Origin: Octopus sinensis
Lineage: Eukaryota
Assembly: GCF_006345805.1 (NCBI RefSeq)
Contig: NW_021835381.1
Location: 1 to 39,516, forward strand
Direction of reading: 5' to 3'
DNA: 39,516 bases
Shown: positions 1-12,749 of the stretch, piece after piece
Numbering within the stretch: the stretch's first letter is position 1
Layout: every line of letters begins with the position of its first letter
Position numbers and translations under genes: made by a program
Notes under the pieces: generated by a model
What the model saw: only the letters and a program-made list of their open reading frames with translations
Databases searched by the model: none
What the model was told of the DNA's origin: nothing

Positions 1-2240
1 CCAAAAAGAGATCCCAGAGAGGACTGGCCGGAATGTCTCTCCACACCAGACATTGACATGAAACTAGAATGTTTCATGTCTTCTGTGCAAGCCGTATGCC
101 AGAAATATGTCCCAGAGCACAAGGCCAAAACAAATAGGAGCAAGATTCCAAGAGACAGGAAGATCCTCATGAGACGACGGACGAAGGTTGCAAATCGTCT
201 CAACCAACATCCCAAAAGTAGCGAACATCCCGCCTAAAAACAACACTGATGGAGATCGAAAAAAGGCTGCAACAATCCTATGTAAAGGAGAAAGCAGACA
301 AGAAGCCTGGGTTATAAAAATATTAAATCAAACCCAAAGCCTTCTTTCATTCATTACGCGAAAGAAACAGTCTCAGTGCACTACAAGATAGGACCCCTCC
401 TCCAAAAGGATGGCTCCCTCATACAGTCAACTAAGATCAGTGAGATGCTGAATAACCATTCAAAAGTGTCTTGGAACACAGACAAGTGAACGAACCAGTG
501 GACTTCTTTGCCGCCTCAACTATACCACCAGCGAGGCGGTTACAATAGAATGTATTGACATTAGCGAAAAAGATGTCCTACTAGCCATAGATGAAGTGGA
601 CACAAACTCAGCTGCTGGTCCAGATGGTTTCCCAGCCATCCTCCTCAAAGCGTGTAAGCATGCCCTGGCAAAACCCCTCAAGATTCTCTTCCAGAGCTTT
701 CTTGCGAATGGCAAACTGCCAAGCAAGCTGAAGGAGAGAATAATATGCCCAATACATAAAGGGGAAGTAGAGCAGATGCCCAAAACTATAGGCCTACCTC
801 TCTGACTTCACACATCAGCAAAGTCATGGAACGGATAGTCAGAAAAAACTAATCGCATTCCTTGAGGAAAATAACTTGTTGAGTGATACCCAGCATGGTT
901 TTCGACCAGGTAGGAGCTGCCTGACCCAGCTCTTACAACATTATGACTGGGTGTTGAGGCAGTTACTCAACAAATCAAATGTGGACGTAATCTACCTTGA
1001 TTTTGCAAAAGTTTTTGACAAGGTGAATCATGGTATGATATGCACAAACTGCGTGACCTCGGCATAGCTGGAAAACTTGGAGTGTGGTTACATGACTTCC
1101 TGAAAGATAGGAGTCAGGCAGTAGTGGTTAATGGAGCCACGTCTATGAACACACAAATAGTGCGCGGTGTTCCACAGGGCACTGTCTGGGACCACTACTT
1201 TTTATAGTGGTCCTCTCAGATATGCCCTCAATGCCCGGATAGCCACTCTGGCCAGCTATGCAGACGATACGAAAGTCTCGCAGAAAATACAGAACCCCAG
1301 CGATGTTGCATACATCTGCAGCAGGAGTTGGACTAATCTACAGATGGGCTGAGGATAATAATATGCAGTTTAATGCTGAAAAATTCCAGGCCCTGCGCTA
1401 CCAGCATCCAAAACTGAATATTAAACTTACAGGATACACTGGTCCACAGGGAATTTCAATCCCAAACCTAAGTCTGTGAGGGACCTGGGTATCGACATGA
1501 GTGATGATACCTCTTTCCAAGTGCACATTACCAGGATGGCGACAAAGTGCAGACGACTGGCTGGGTGGATCCTAAGAACATTCAGAACCAGAGATAAGGA
1601 AACCATTATGGTCCTTGGCGGACATTTGTCCTCGGCCCGCCGGATTACTGCTCACAACTATGGTCACCCACCAGTGTAAAATTAACAGCGGTACTTGAAG
1701 CAATCCAGAGAAGATTCACAAGAAGATCGTCTCTTTGCAATACTCAGCTACTGGGAAAGGTTGAAACAGCTAAGACTCTACTCCCTGGAGAGAAGACGGG
1801 ATAGGTATGCAGTAATATATGTCTGGAAGATCCTGGAAGGAATTGGGCCAATTTTGGCAATGTAAGCTACACCAATGCTAGAACGGGACGACACTGCATA
1901 GTGTCAAGATCCCAGCAATGCCATGACGCTTCAGGACCAGCTTCTGCAACAGCCTGGGTTTCAAGGGCCCACAGCTTTTTAATATTCTCCCAAGAGTCTG
2001 AGGAACTTGCACAAAGTAGATGTAGCGGTTTTTTTAAATCAAAGCTGGACATCTTCTTGTCGAGAGAGTCCCAGATGAACCTACCTCCGGCAAGAGGTGC
2101 AAATGAGAGTAGCTATATGAAACTCCATTCTTCACAAGTGCACATATTAGACGAGGTTCTTCGCAATAAACAGTGCAGCACAAAACGGCAGTGCATCAGC
2201 ATGGCCGCAGCTCTGAGCTGAAACTAGTGAAAAAAATAAA
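1..2240 (+). mobile_element. CR1/L2-group LINE, ORF2 linker+RT+3' end, frameshifted, runs off the window start (copy 1)
   Basis: ORF pieces GPDGFPAILLKACK, QHGFRPGRSCLTQLL, VIYLDFAKVFDKV, ASYADDTK, RDLGIDMSDD; 3' end CAGCATGGCCGCAGCTCTGAGCTGAAACTAG followed by A-rich/(TA)n; near-identical to 16079-17710. Confidence 0.93.
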
Positions 2241-2364
2241 ATATATATATAAGTATATATGTATATATATTTATATATATCATACATACATATATATATA
2301 TATACCGTGTGTGTGGTGCGTGTTTGTATGTATGTATGTATGTATGTATTTATGTATGTATGAT

Positions 2365-2403
<39 letters not shown>

Positions 2404-2460
2404 TGTGTGTGCGTGTGTGTGTGTGTGTGTATGAATATATATAATATATATATATATATT
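2241..2460. repeat. compound (TA)n/(TATG)n/(TG)n microsatellite
   Basis: Directly visible. Confidence 0.95.
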
Positions 2461-2665
2461 ACGTTTGTTTGTCTATCCTCCAACATCGCTTGACAACTGG
2501 TGCTGGTGTTTTCACGTCCCCGTAACTTAGCGATTCTGGAAAAGAGACCGATCCATTAAATACTAGGCCTACAAAGTATAAGTCCTGGGGTTGATTTGCT
2601 CGAATAAAGGGCGCTGCTCCACCATGGCTAACAACTGAAAAAATTAATAGAGAGTAAAACAGAAA
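2461..2665 (+). mobile_element. SINE 3' half
   Basis: Aligns to 27560-27745 (caacatcgcttgacaac...gtccccgtaacttagcg...aagtcctgggg...ccatggc). Confidence 0.85.
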
Positions 2666-3050
2666 ATATCGACAAAAGTGTGTATTCTCTTAACTAAATA
2701 ATCACGGGAGATAACTACAATATATCCTATAACTACAATATATCCTATAAAAAAAGACATGACCGTTTAACATTTAATTGTGTTTGTTTTTCGCTTGCGA
2801 AGGACACACTTGCATTCGTACAGGAAGAGACAAACATACACATGCAACTTTCTGCTGCTAACTTAAACGAATAAACATTGACTAGTTATAATTTACATTT
2901 AATTACACCCCACAACTATATAAATTACTAACAATATCTAGTACTGCCCTTTGGACTTAATCAGGTTTTCATTTTGTTTTAGATAGTATATATGCGTATG
3001 TGGGAATCTACACGTGTATATGTATGAATGTATGTATTTATATATATAAA
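2461..3050 (+). repeat. duplicated block Y, copy 1 (SINE 3' half + ~390 bp flank)
   Basis: Colinear with 9160-9750, including non-SINE sequence such as ggagataacta, caaacatacacatgcaa, ataatttacatttaattacaccc, tatatgcgtatgtggg. Confidence 0.85.
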
Positions 3051-3072
3051 TCTATATATGTAAATATGTATG

Positions 3073-3107
<35 letters not shown>

Positions 3108-3200
3108 ATATATATATATATATATACATGAATGTATATACATATATATATATGTGTGTGTGTGTGTGTGTTGTGTGTGTGTGTTGTGTGTGTGTGTGTA
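3051..3200. repeat. (TA)n/(TG)n microsatellite
   Basis: Directly visible. Confidence 0.95.
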
Positions 3201-3720
3201 TTAATGTCAGGTTACTTTCAAGTGCTACTGGTAACTTGTAACCCAGTACAACCTGTTGCATGGTCGGGTCGTCGGCGACTAAACCGGCAACCTCACCAAG
3301 CTTGCTTGTTGAGGCGGGTGTTTATTGGACACCATGCGGGATGAAAAACAAAATCCGTCAAAGGGCGGAGGATTCTTGAGAGTCATCGGCCATCCAATAA
3401 ATGTCTTAAGGTTGTATCATGCACGGGGACATAGAAATAATCGGACTGAATACCCGATCGCGCGGTTAAACCATTGGGAGTGAAGGACTCCTAGCCTTTG
3501 TTCAGGCATCATCTAGGAGAAGGTAACTCAAGTAACTGGGATGACTCCGACATAAAACCTGCGGCTCAGTGGTTACCGATGATGTTGACTTGTTCTTCTT
3601 TTCGGATTATGGCTGCTTTTGCTTAGTGAGTGGGACTGACTCAGTGCACAGCCTTTCCTCACTTAAAAAAAATCTTCTTGCACAGGCATTGCACGATAAC
3701 AACATTGATTGATTGATTAA
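3201..3720 (+). mobile_element. putative non-autonomous RTE-related retroposon with (ATTG)n tail
   Basis: No ORF; contains CTAGGAGAAGGTAACTC (resembles RTE 5' UTR motif, from memory) and ends in attgattgattgattaattgatt. Confidence 0.4.
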
Positions 3721-3721
3721 T

Positions 3722-6700
3722 TGATTAACTAATTCATGATTGTTGATGGCGCTGTGAGTCTCAACTGATGGCTGGCTGTAGCCTTAAAAAGCAAAAAACA
3801 ATGATGTACTAAAACAGTATAAAAATAAATGGCAGTAAGGACTCTGGAACCACATCACTGAAGAGTTTTGCCCGGCAGTGGCTCCAGAGCATCACAGTCT
3901 GAACCCGGCCGTCATCATGCTGCTGTGATAGAACCAAAGAAAATATTGAATATTGGCTGTTGGAATGTACGGACACTACTTGACCGCAAGTCCACTGAAT
4001 GTCCTGAAAGAAGCCTGCGCTTGTTGCGAAGGAGCTTCAACGCTATGATCTTGACGTCGTTGCTTTATCTGAGACGAGATTACCTGGAGATGGTCATCTT
4101 ACAGAATCTTGTGGAAAACATACATTCTTTTGGAAGGGAAGAATGAAGAGTTTAGAGGAGAAGCTGGAGTGGCATTTGCTGATAAGACTACTCTGTGGAC
4201 AAGTTGGAAGAATTCCCAGTCGGAATTAACGATCGTCTTATGTCCATGAGAATTCCATTGGTTAAAGGAAATTATATGACCTTGGTGAGTGTGTATGCTC
4301 CAACTATGTTCTATACTGATGACGAAAAACTTTCTTTTCATGAGACATGAATGGTTGGTGAATGTTAGAGGGAATTTGAAGGGAATTATAAGAAATATCC
4401 CTCGGGCAGTCATCGTACTAGGTGACTTTAATGCTAGAGTGGGTAGGGATTTTAACACATGGACTGTAATTGGAAAGCATGGGGTGGGGAAGCGTAATAG
4501 TAATGGCATGCTTTTGCTGCAGATGTGTGAGGAGCTGCGTCTGTGTGTTACCAATGCCATGTTTCAACAAAAGAATAAGTTTAAGACTAATGGATGCAAC
4601 CTGCATCTAAAGAATGGCATATTCTGGATTACATCCTTGTTAGATGTGTGACAGACAGGATGTGCAGTGTGCTCGTGTTCTTCGTGGAGCTGAGTGTTGG
4701 ACTGACCACCGCCAAGTACGTGCAAAAGTGAAATTAGTCACAAAACATAAAATCTGAGCTGCAGGGATTACCCTGCCTAAAAGACTGGATGTTGATCATC
4801 TTAGGTGTAATAGTGTGAAGAGAACTTTACGAAGAGGAAATGAATGCTGTAGATATTGGGGAGGATTGGCCAACCTTAAAAGTCAGTTTATGATATTGGC
4901 GAAAGTTCTGGGATTGAGACAAAGAAGCATCAAGATTGGTTAAAGAAAATGATGAACATATAGATGATTTATTGGCTGATAAAAGACGTACTTTGTCACG
5001 CTATTTGTCAGCAAAGCTACAGGAAAGGGAAGTGTTGCATAGGGAACTCAGGACGTAAAATCACGTCTGAGGCAAGGCTCTCAGAGATGAGGGATACGTG
5101 GTGGAGTAAGAAGGCTGATGAGATACAGGCGGTATCAGATTCCAATAACACAAAGCTGTAGTATGGTCTCTTGCGAGAAGTTTATGGACCGACGTCTTCC
5201 CTGATGACACCACTCCGAAGCAGGGATGGTAAAAAACTTCTTCGTGATTCACAAGGAATTCTGCGAAGGTGCAAGAACACTTTGATGAACTTTTGAATCA
5301 GCAGTCTGTAGTTAGTGAGGATGTTCTCAATCTCATCCCTGGATTACCTGTGAAGGCAGCACTCGCAGAACCACCAAAGTTGGAAGAGTTGCAATGGCTG
5401 TCTCAAGGTTGAATAATGGGAAGTTTCCGGGTATGAGATGGCATACATGCGGAGTTGTTACAGTATGGTGGTGAGAAACTTCTGCAGAAACTTCACTCTT
5501 TGTTTGGTAAGATATGGACTAGTGAATCTGTACGAGGACTGGAGAGATACAGTAATGGTGGAAGGAAAGGGCAGCAGGAATGATTGTGGTAATTATAGGA
5601 GAGTATCATTGCTGTCTGTTGTAGGAAAGGTTTTATGCATGGTACTTCTGGATCGTCTGCTGAATACGTTGCAGACTGTGTTCTTCAAGAAAGTCAATCT
5701 GGCTTTCGTGTGGAATGTGGCACTGCTGATATAATCTTTTCAGCTAGACAGCTTCAGGAGAAGTGTGGAACAGGGTCTGGATTTGTATCAGGTTTTTGTC
5801 GATCTGACAAAAGCCTTTGATACCGTCAATAGAAAAGCATTGTGGAAAGTCCTCCAGATACTTGGGTGTCCTGAAAAGTTCCTTGCTTTGGTTAGGTCTT
5901 TTCATGAAGACATGAATGGTAGGGTGAATGTTAGAGGGAAAATGTCGGAGCCCTTGCAATACAAAATGGAAATAGGGGGATATCCTGGCACCGACCCTAT
6001 TTGCCATATTTTTGCGATGGTGTTCTGTATTGCATTCAGAAACTGCAGATACGGTGTTTACATCCATTATCGAACCTCTGGCAGCATATTTAATATCAGG
6101 CACTTTGCTGCGAAAACAAAGGCATTTACCTCTATCATGAGAGACCTTTTGTATGCAGATGATTGTGATCTAGTAGCACACACAGAGATTGATATGCAAC
6201 ACATTTTTAATGCATTCTCTGATGCTTGCACTGCCTTAGGATTGACAGTCAATCTCAAGAAAACTGTTGTCATGCATCAATCTGCCCCTGGTAAGCAGTA
6301 TAGTGTACCAAATATCTATGTGTATTTAAACGACTTGATGTAGTTGATCGATCAGTTTGTCTACCTGGGAAGCACTATTAATAGATATAGCAATTTGGAT
6401 GATGAAATTCCACATAGAATTAGGAAAGCAAGTGTTGCTTTCGGAAGGGTAGAAAAGCGCCTCTGGAGTCGGCGAGACATATGCAGAAAGACAAAGATAA
6501 AGGTGTACAAGGCATGTGTGCTCCCTTCTCTTCTCTATGCCTGCGAGACGTGAGTCATATATCGATACCACTTTAAACAACTGGAACGTTTCCATCAGAT
6601 GTGTCTTAGACGGATCTATGGCATTAAGTGGAAGGACCGCATCAGTGATCATGAAATATTGGAAGGCTCTCGGTGTGAAAGTGTAGAAGAGCTCTTGTGT

Positions 6701-7374
6701 TAAAGCGAAGGCTCAGATGGAGTGGTCATCTGGTCAGGATGAAGGATTCAAGGATGCCAAAACAACTCTTTTATGGAGTGTTAGCTAAAGGAGAACAACC
6801 TCCACATAAACCAAAAAAGAGGTATAAGGACTTGCCGAAGGCTTTCTTAAGAGATGTTTGCATCTCTCCTGACACATGGGAAGGCATAGTTATTGATCGT
6901 AGCTGGTGGAGAAGGATTGTGCACGAGGGGACAGCCACTTTTGAGAAATCTCGAGTGGCACATAAGAAAGTAAGGAGGGATGTCAGGAAGCGCATCGCTG
7001 TTACACTTCCAGATGGGAAGGGTCTTCCTATGATGCTGACATGCAGTGTCTGTGCAAGACCCTGCCTCAGAAAAGCTGGACTCAAGAGTCATCTTCGTAG
7101 TCATAAAGCGAGAAAGATGAGTGACAACCTGGCCATACTAATAATACTAATAATATCTGTCGGGCATGCAAAAGAGAGTGTAATTCGGCAGGAGGACTTA
7201 AACGACATGCACAGGTACATGAAGCCCAGTTACAACTACAGCCGGCTATTACCGGTAAAGGTTTTAGTTGCCAATTCTGTACAAGACTGGGCTAAAAAGT
7301 CACATTCGATCACACCGCCAGTAACAGTTAAGCTTCGTGCAATGGCCATACTCGATGATGAGGGGGCAGCCATA
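3722..7374 (+). mobile_element. RTE-clade (BovB-like) LINE, nearly full length, heavily frameshifted
   Basis: EN motifs NIGCWNVRTLL, LGDFNARVG; RT motifs FVDLTKAFDTVNR, DLLYADDCDL, FVYLGSTI, RRLRWSGHLVRM; C-terminal C2H2; RTE-type 3' end GCAATGGCCATACTCGATGATGAGGGGGCAGCC then (TA)n. Confidence 0.92.
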
Positions 7375-7375
7375 A

Positions 7376-7440
<65 letters not shown>
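7375..7440. repeat. (TA)n microsatellite
   Basis: Directly visible. Confidence 0.95.
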
Positions 7441-7680
7441 GTTGAAATATGTTACAAAAGGAAAATATAAAATACACGTGAAAATTTAAGGGGAGAATAA
7501 GAAAAAATCAACGAAAATGCACATTGTAAATAAAAAAGAAAAAGCTTTTTATGAAAGGTAACGACAGATATATACTTTAAGATGGGATGAGGTAGTAATA
7601 AAAGTCATTATTATGAGATGATTAAAAAGTCAGAAAGCAAAGCATACCATGGTTTCGTCATAAGCTATTCGTCCCCCCCC

Positions 7681-7682
7681 TA

Positions 7683-7779
<97 letters not shown>

Positions 7780-7830
7780 CATATATATATATATGCATAT
7801 ATATATATATATATATATATGCATACATAT
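7681..7830. repeat. (TA)n microsatellite
   Basis: Directly visible. Confidence 0.95.
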
Positions 7831-7942
7831 GCAGTCAGATCTAGTCAAGTAATTTGCCTCATTTTGTTAAATCTAGTTGGAACCGATAGATAAGAGAAAA
7901 TCATTTGGTCATTATATTTGATTGACTGTAGTTGTTGATTTT
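7831..7942 (+). repeat. duplicated block X, copy 1
   Basis: Colinear with 13811-13924 (gcagtca.atcta.tcaagtaatttg ... tttggtcattat ... gattgactgtagttgttgatttt). Confidence 0.8.
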
Positions 7943-8047
7943 TTCGTAGAAGCTATTGGCTTGAAGCAGGGTTAGGTGTTTATGTAGTTTTCTGATGGTA
8001 GTAGGGACAAACAGAGGCACACAATCGTATACATATATACACTTGTG

Positions 8048-8187
8048 TACGACGGGCTTTTTTCAGTTTCCGATACGAAATCGAATCATAAGGATTTAGT
8101 CGACCCGGGACGATAGAAGAAAACACTTGTCTAAGCTGCCACGCGGTGGGACTGCACCAGGAACCGTGTGGTTGGTAAGCAGGTAAC
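8048..8187 (-). mobile_element. SINE 5' half, diverged
   Basis: Reverse complement aligns to the head of 27359-27530. Confidence 0.75.
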
Positions 8188-8205
8188 CCCCCACTGAGAT
8201 ATATT

Positions 8206-8243
<38 letters not shown>

Positions 8244-8253
8244 ATATATATTG

Positions 8254-8459
8254 ATAGGCGTAGGAATGGCTGTGTGATAAGTAGCTTCCCTACGAAACGC
8301 AGTGTTCTTGGTTCAGTCCCACTTCATGGTATCTTGGGCTAGCGTCTTCTACTATAGACTCGTGCCGACCAATCCTTGTGAGTGGAATTGATAGGCGGAA
8401 CATACACACACACACACTCACACAAACATATATATACATATATGTGTGGGGGGGGGGGC

Positions 8460-8500
<41 letters not shown>

Positions 8501-8630
8501 GTTTGTATGTCTGTTTATCCCTCCAACACCGCTTGACAACCGGTGCTGGTGTGTTCATGTCCCCGTAACTTAGCGTTTCGTCAAAAGAGAAAATAGATTA
8601 AATACTAGGCCTACAAAAAATAAGTATTGG
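8254..8630 (+). mobile_element. tRNA-headed SINE, near full length with central microsatellite
   Basis: ataggcgtaggaatggctgtgtgataag head, B-box-like ggttcagtccc, central (CA)/(TA), body matching 27359-27745. Confidence 0.85.
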
Positions 8631-9023
8631 GTTCGAATTTCGCTGCGGCATGGAATATATATATGTATATATATATATATATATATTAACCATATCGTAC
8701 TTATGCGGTGATTTGGCGGGCGATTCAAACTGGCTGTGTCCATACGTGCATATGTATGTATGTACGGCGCTCGTATATGTAAGTATATCATTTGCTGTGC
8801 ATATATATCTGTATTGATGTACCCTTGATATATTCAATTGATGACGGTAAAGCTTATCTAAAGCAGAACCAGAAATCCTTGGATCTTGAATTATTCAATA
8901 ATTTTTGCTTGTATGTTTTGTCCCTCCGCTTTACCTCATGGTGCGATATGAACATTTAACGTGGTACTATAGTCAGTGTTCGACTGCTATTTCGGCATGT
9001 TGGTGTCTTTTAGACACCCTCAT

Positions 9024-9750
<727 letters not shown>

Positions 9751-9827
<77 letters not shown>

Positions 9828-9904
9828 ATATATATTCATAAATTTATAATTTTATATATATATATGTAGGTATATACCTATGTGTATATATATATATATA
9901 TATA
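9751..9904. repeat. (TA)n microsatellite
   Basis: Directly visible. Confidence 0.95.
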
Positions 9905-10917
9905 CTCAAAAATGGAAGATAAAATTCCTGGAGGACTGGGTCGATGCCCATCCAAACCACATCCCTTTCTTCGTCCTCACTGAAACCCATCTTAGTAACC
10001 TCCACTTGGAAGCCGAGGTGAAAGTTAAAAATTTCAAAGCCATTCGTGCTGATCGTGCTGGCAGAAGAAAGGGTGGGACTGCCATTTATGTTCATGATTC
10101 ATTCTCAACAGAAGCTATGAACATATTTTCCAATGGATACTGCGAAGCAGTCGCTGTATTCAGTCAAACCAACAACTTAACAGTAGTTGGGCTCTACAGA
10201 CCACCCCAAACGCCCCTACCTTGCTTCAAGGAATGCCTCAACAACATAAAGTGTTTCATTCAGCAGTGTCAACCTGACATTTTAATGATGGGAGACTTCA
10301 ACCTTCCCGGGGTTGACTGGTCTACAAACAGTCTGCCGTCAGGTTCTTCTCTCTCAACCCCTGACAGGGAGGCAGTGGAATCACTTCTTGACTTCATGGA
10401 TGATTTCTTCCGATCCCAACTGGTGCTCGAACCAACGAGATGTCACAAAAACGTCTTAGACTTAATTTTCAGCAATCACACTGATACTATCCACAATATT
10501 GCAATGGAGAAAACTTTACTCTCTGATCATGACATGGTTCTCTGTGATCTGAGATTTCACTGGCCAAAATGCAAAACAAATGTCATCCCTCCTGTTCATT
10601 CATTTGACACTATGGATTTCCACAATGCAAACTGTGAAGCGATCAATAATGATCTTGCACAAGTCGATTGGTCCTTCACGCACACATACACACCCACTAA
10701 CATCAAAAAGTCCTGGCAGTCATTTGTAGACACCATTACGAACATATGTGCAAAACACACCCCATTAAGATCTGCAAACAAATCTAAGTGTCGAATCCCT
10801 AGAAATAGAAAATCTCTCATCAGGAAAATTAAAAGAATTAACAAAAAAAATCAACGAGCTGAAATACTGTCAACAGCAACACACCAACCTGACTGCCATC
10901 TCGTCACTAGAGATTAA
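9905..10917 (+). pseudogene. LINE ORF2 N-terminal apurinic-like endonuclease segment
   Basis: Open frame of the 9880-10917 ORF with APE motifs; the N-terminal MCIYIY is microsatellite-derived. Confidence 0.85.
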
Positions 10918-10939
10918 AAAACATAAACTCCAAAACAAC

Positions 10940-11836
10940 ATGATGTCTATCGTCAATAGTCAGAGAAGAGCTGAAGAGGCCTGGGCCATTGAGAAGATCA
11001 AACTCAATCACAAAGTGTTCTTTTCATTTGCAAAAATACACAGAGTCACTGGTTCTACTGTTGGCCCTCTGATTGATGAAAATGGTACTCTTCAAGACAA
11101 TGCCAAAACCATGGGAGAGATATTGCAGAAACAATATTGCTCTGTTTTCAGCAATCCTGATATGACTGATCTGGGCTGTATCAGTGATGTTACTCCCCAA
11201 TATACTTTATCGGACATAACCTTTGGCGCTCCTGATGTCTTAGCAGCAATAAAGGAAATGAAGCATAATTCAGCAGTAGGTCCCGATAGGTTCCCTGCTT
11301 GTGTCTTGAAGATGTGTCAACACCAACTTGCACCCCCTCTAGCCAATCTTAAATACTGCTGTCCACTGTGGTCTCCCTACACAAAACAAAATATTATAAG
11401 AATTGAAGCTCCCCAAAGGTCAATCACAAAAAAGATAGATGGCATGTCAGACCTTGACTACTGGGGTAGACTACAGAAACTGAATCTGTATTCACTCCAA
11501 CGACGCCGTAAACGCTACATTATCTGTATGATGTGGAAAATATTCCATCAGCACTGTCCGAATGATGTTGGCATCACCTTCAAAATACATCCAAGGCTTG
11601 GACCACGTGCCATCCGTCCACAACAAAAATCTAAATCGCATCACATAACGACAATACGGCACAATTATTTCACCTCAATTGGACCCGCTCTCTTCAACAT
11701 TACACCAGGACACGTCAAAACAGAAACTGACCACACAAAATTCAAGAAGTCTTTGGACAAATTCCTTCAAACAGTCCCGGACAAACCACCCACACCCGGA
11801 TATGTCTCCGCAAACAATAACTCTCTGCTCGAATAG
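10940..11836 (+). pseudogene. LINE ORF2 linker + C-terminal segment lacking RT core
   Basis: 298-aa ORF; joins the upstream ORF if one A is removed from the A8 run at 10843-10850. Confidence 0.8.
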
Positions 11837-11941
11837 GCCTCGGTGCCCAAATCCTGAATTAAAAGACTTCGCCAGGTGGTGCTATTAAGTTAGACATGGC
11901 CTGGACCAATACTGGCCAAAACCTTTCTAAGTTATTCTAAG

Positions 11942-12490
<549 letters not shown>

Positions 12491-12749
12491 ATGCCCGAGC
12501 ACAGCCTTTAGTCAAACAAAACGTACCCCAGGGCTTATCCTTTGGAAGCCTTGTACTTCTAACTTTTTCTCTTTTGTCGAACCGTAAAGTTAGCGGGGCA
12601 TATGTGTGTGTTGTGCTCACCCACAAACACACATACGTCCGAACATGCACACAGATGCATGCAAAGATGCACACCTGAAGGTATTTATGCTTTAAATATG
12701 TTGACCATAAAACCGTGACATTCTGAAGAAATTGTGTGTGAGTGCAGGT

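Larger units (their letters stand above)
9905..11944 (+). mobile_element. CR1/L2-group LINE (second family) with EN domain and internal deletion of the RT core
   Basis: APE motifs FFVLTETHL, RKGGGTAIYV, GLYRPP, MMGDFNLP, NVLDLIFSN, LSDHDMV; GPDRFPACVLK followed almost immediately by LKYCCPLWSP; 3' tail (TTCTAAGTTA)2 at 11925-11944. Confidence 0.92.

Noticed and set aside
64-783. Minus-strand ORFs over LINEs (also 4099-4560, 5744-6103, 35456-35812, 36471-36809)
   Set aside because: Antisense shadows of LINE coding sequence.
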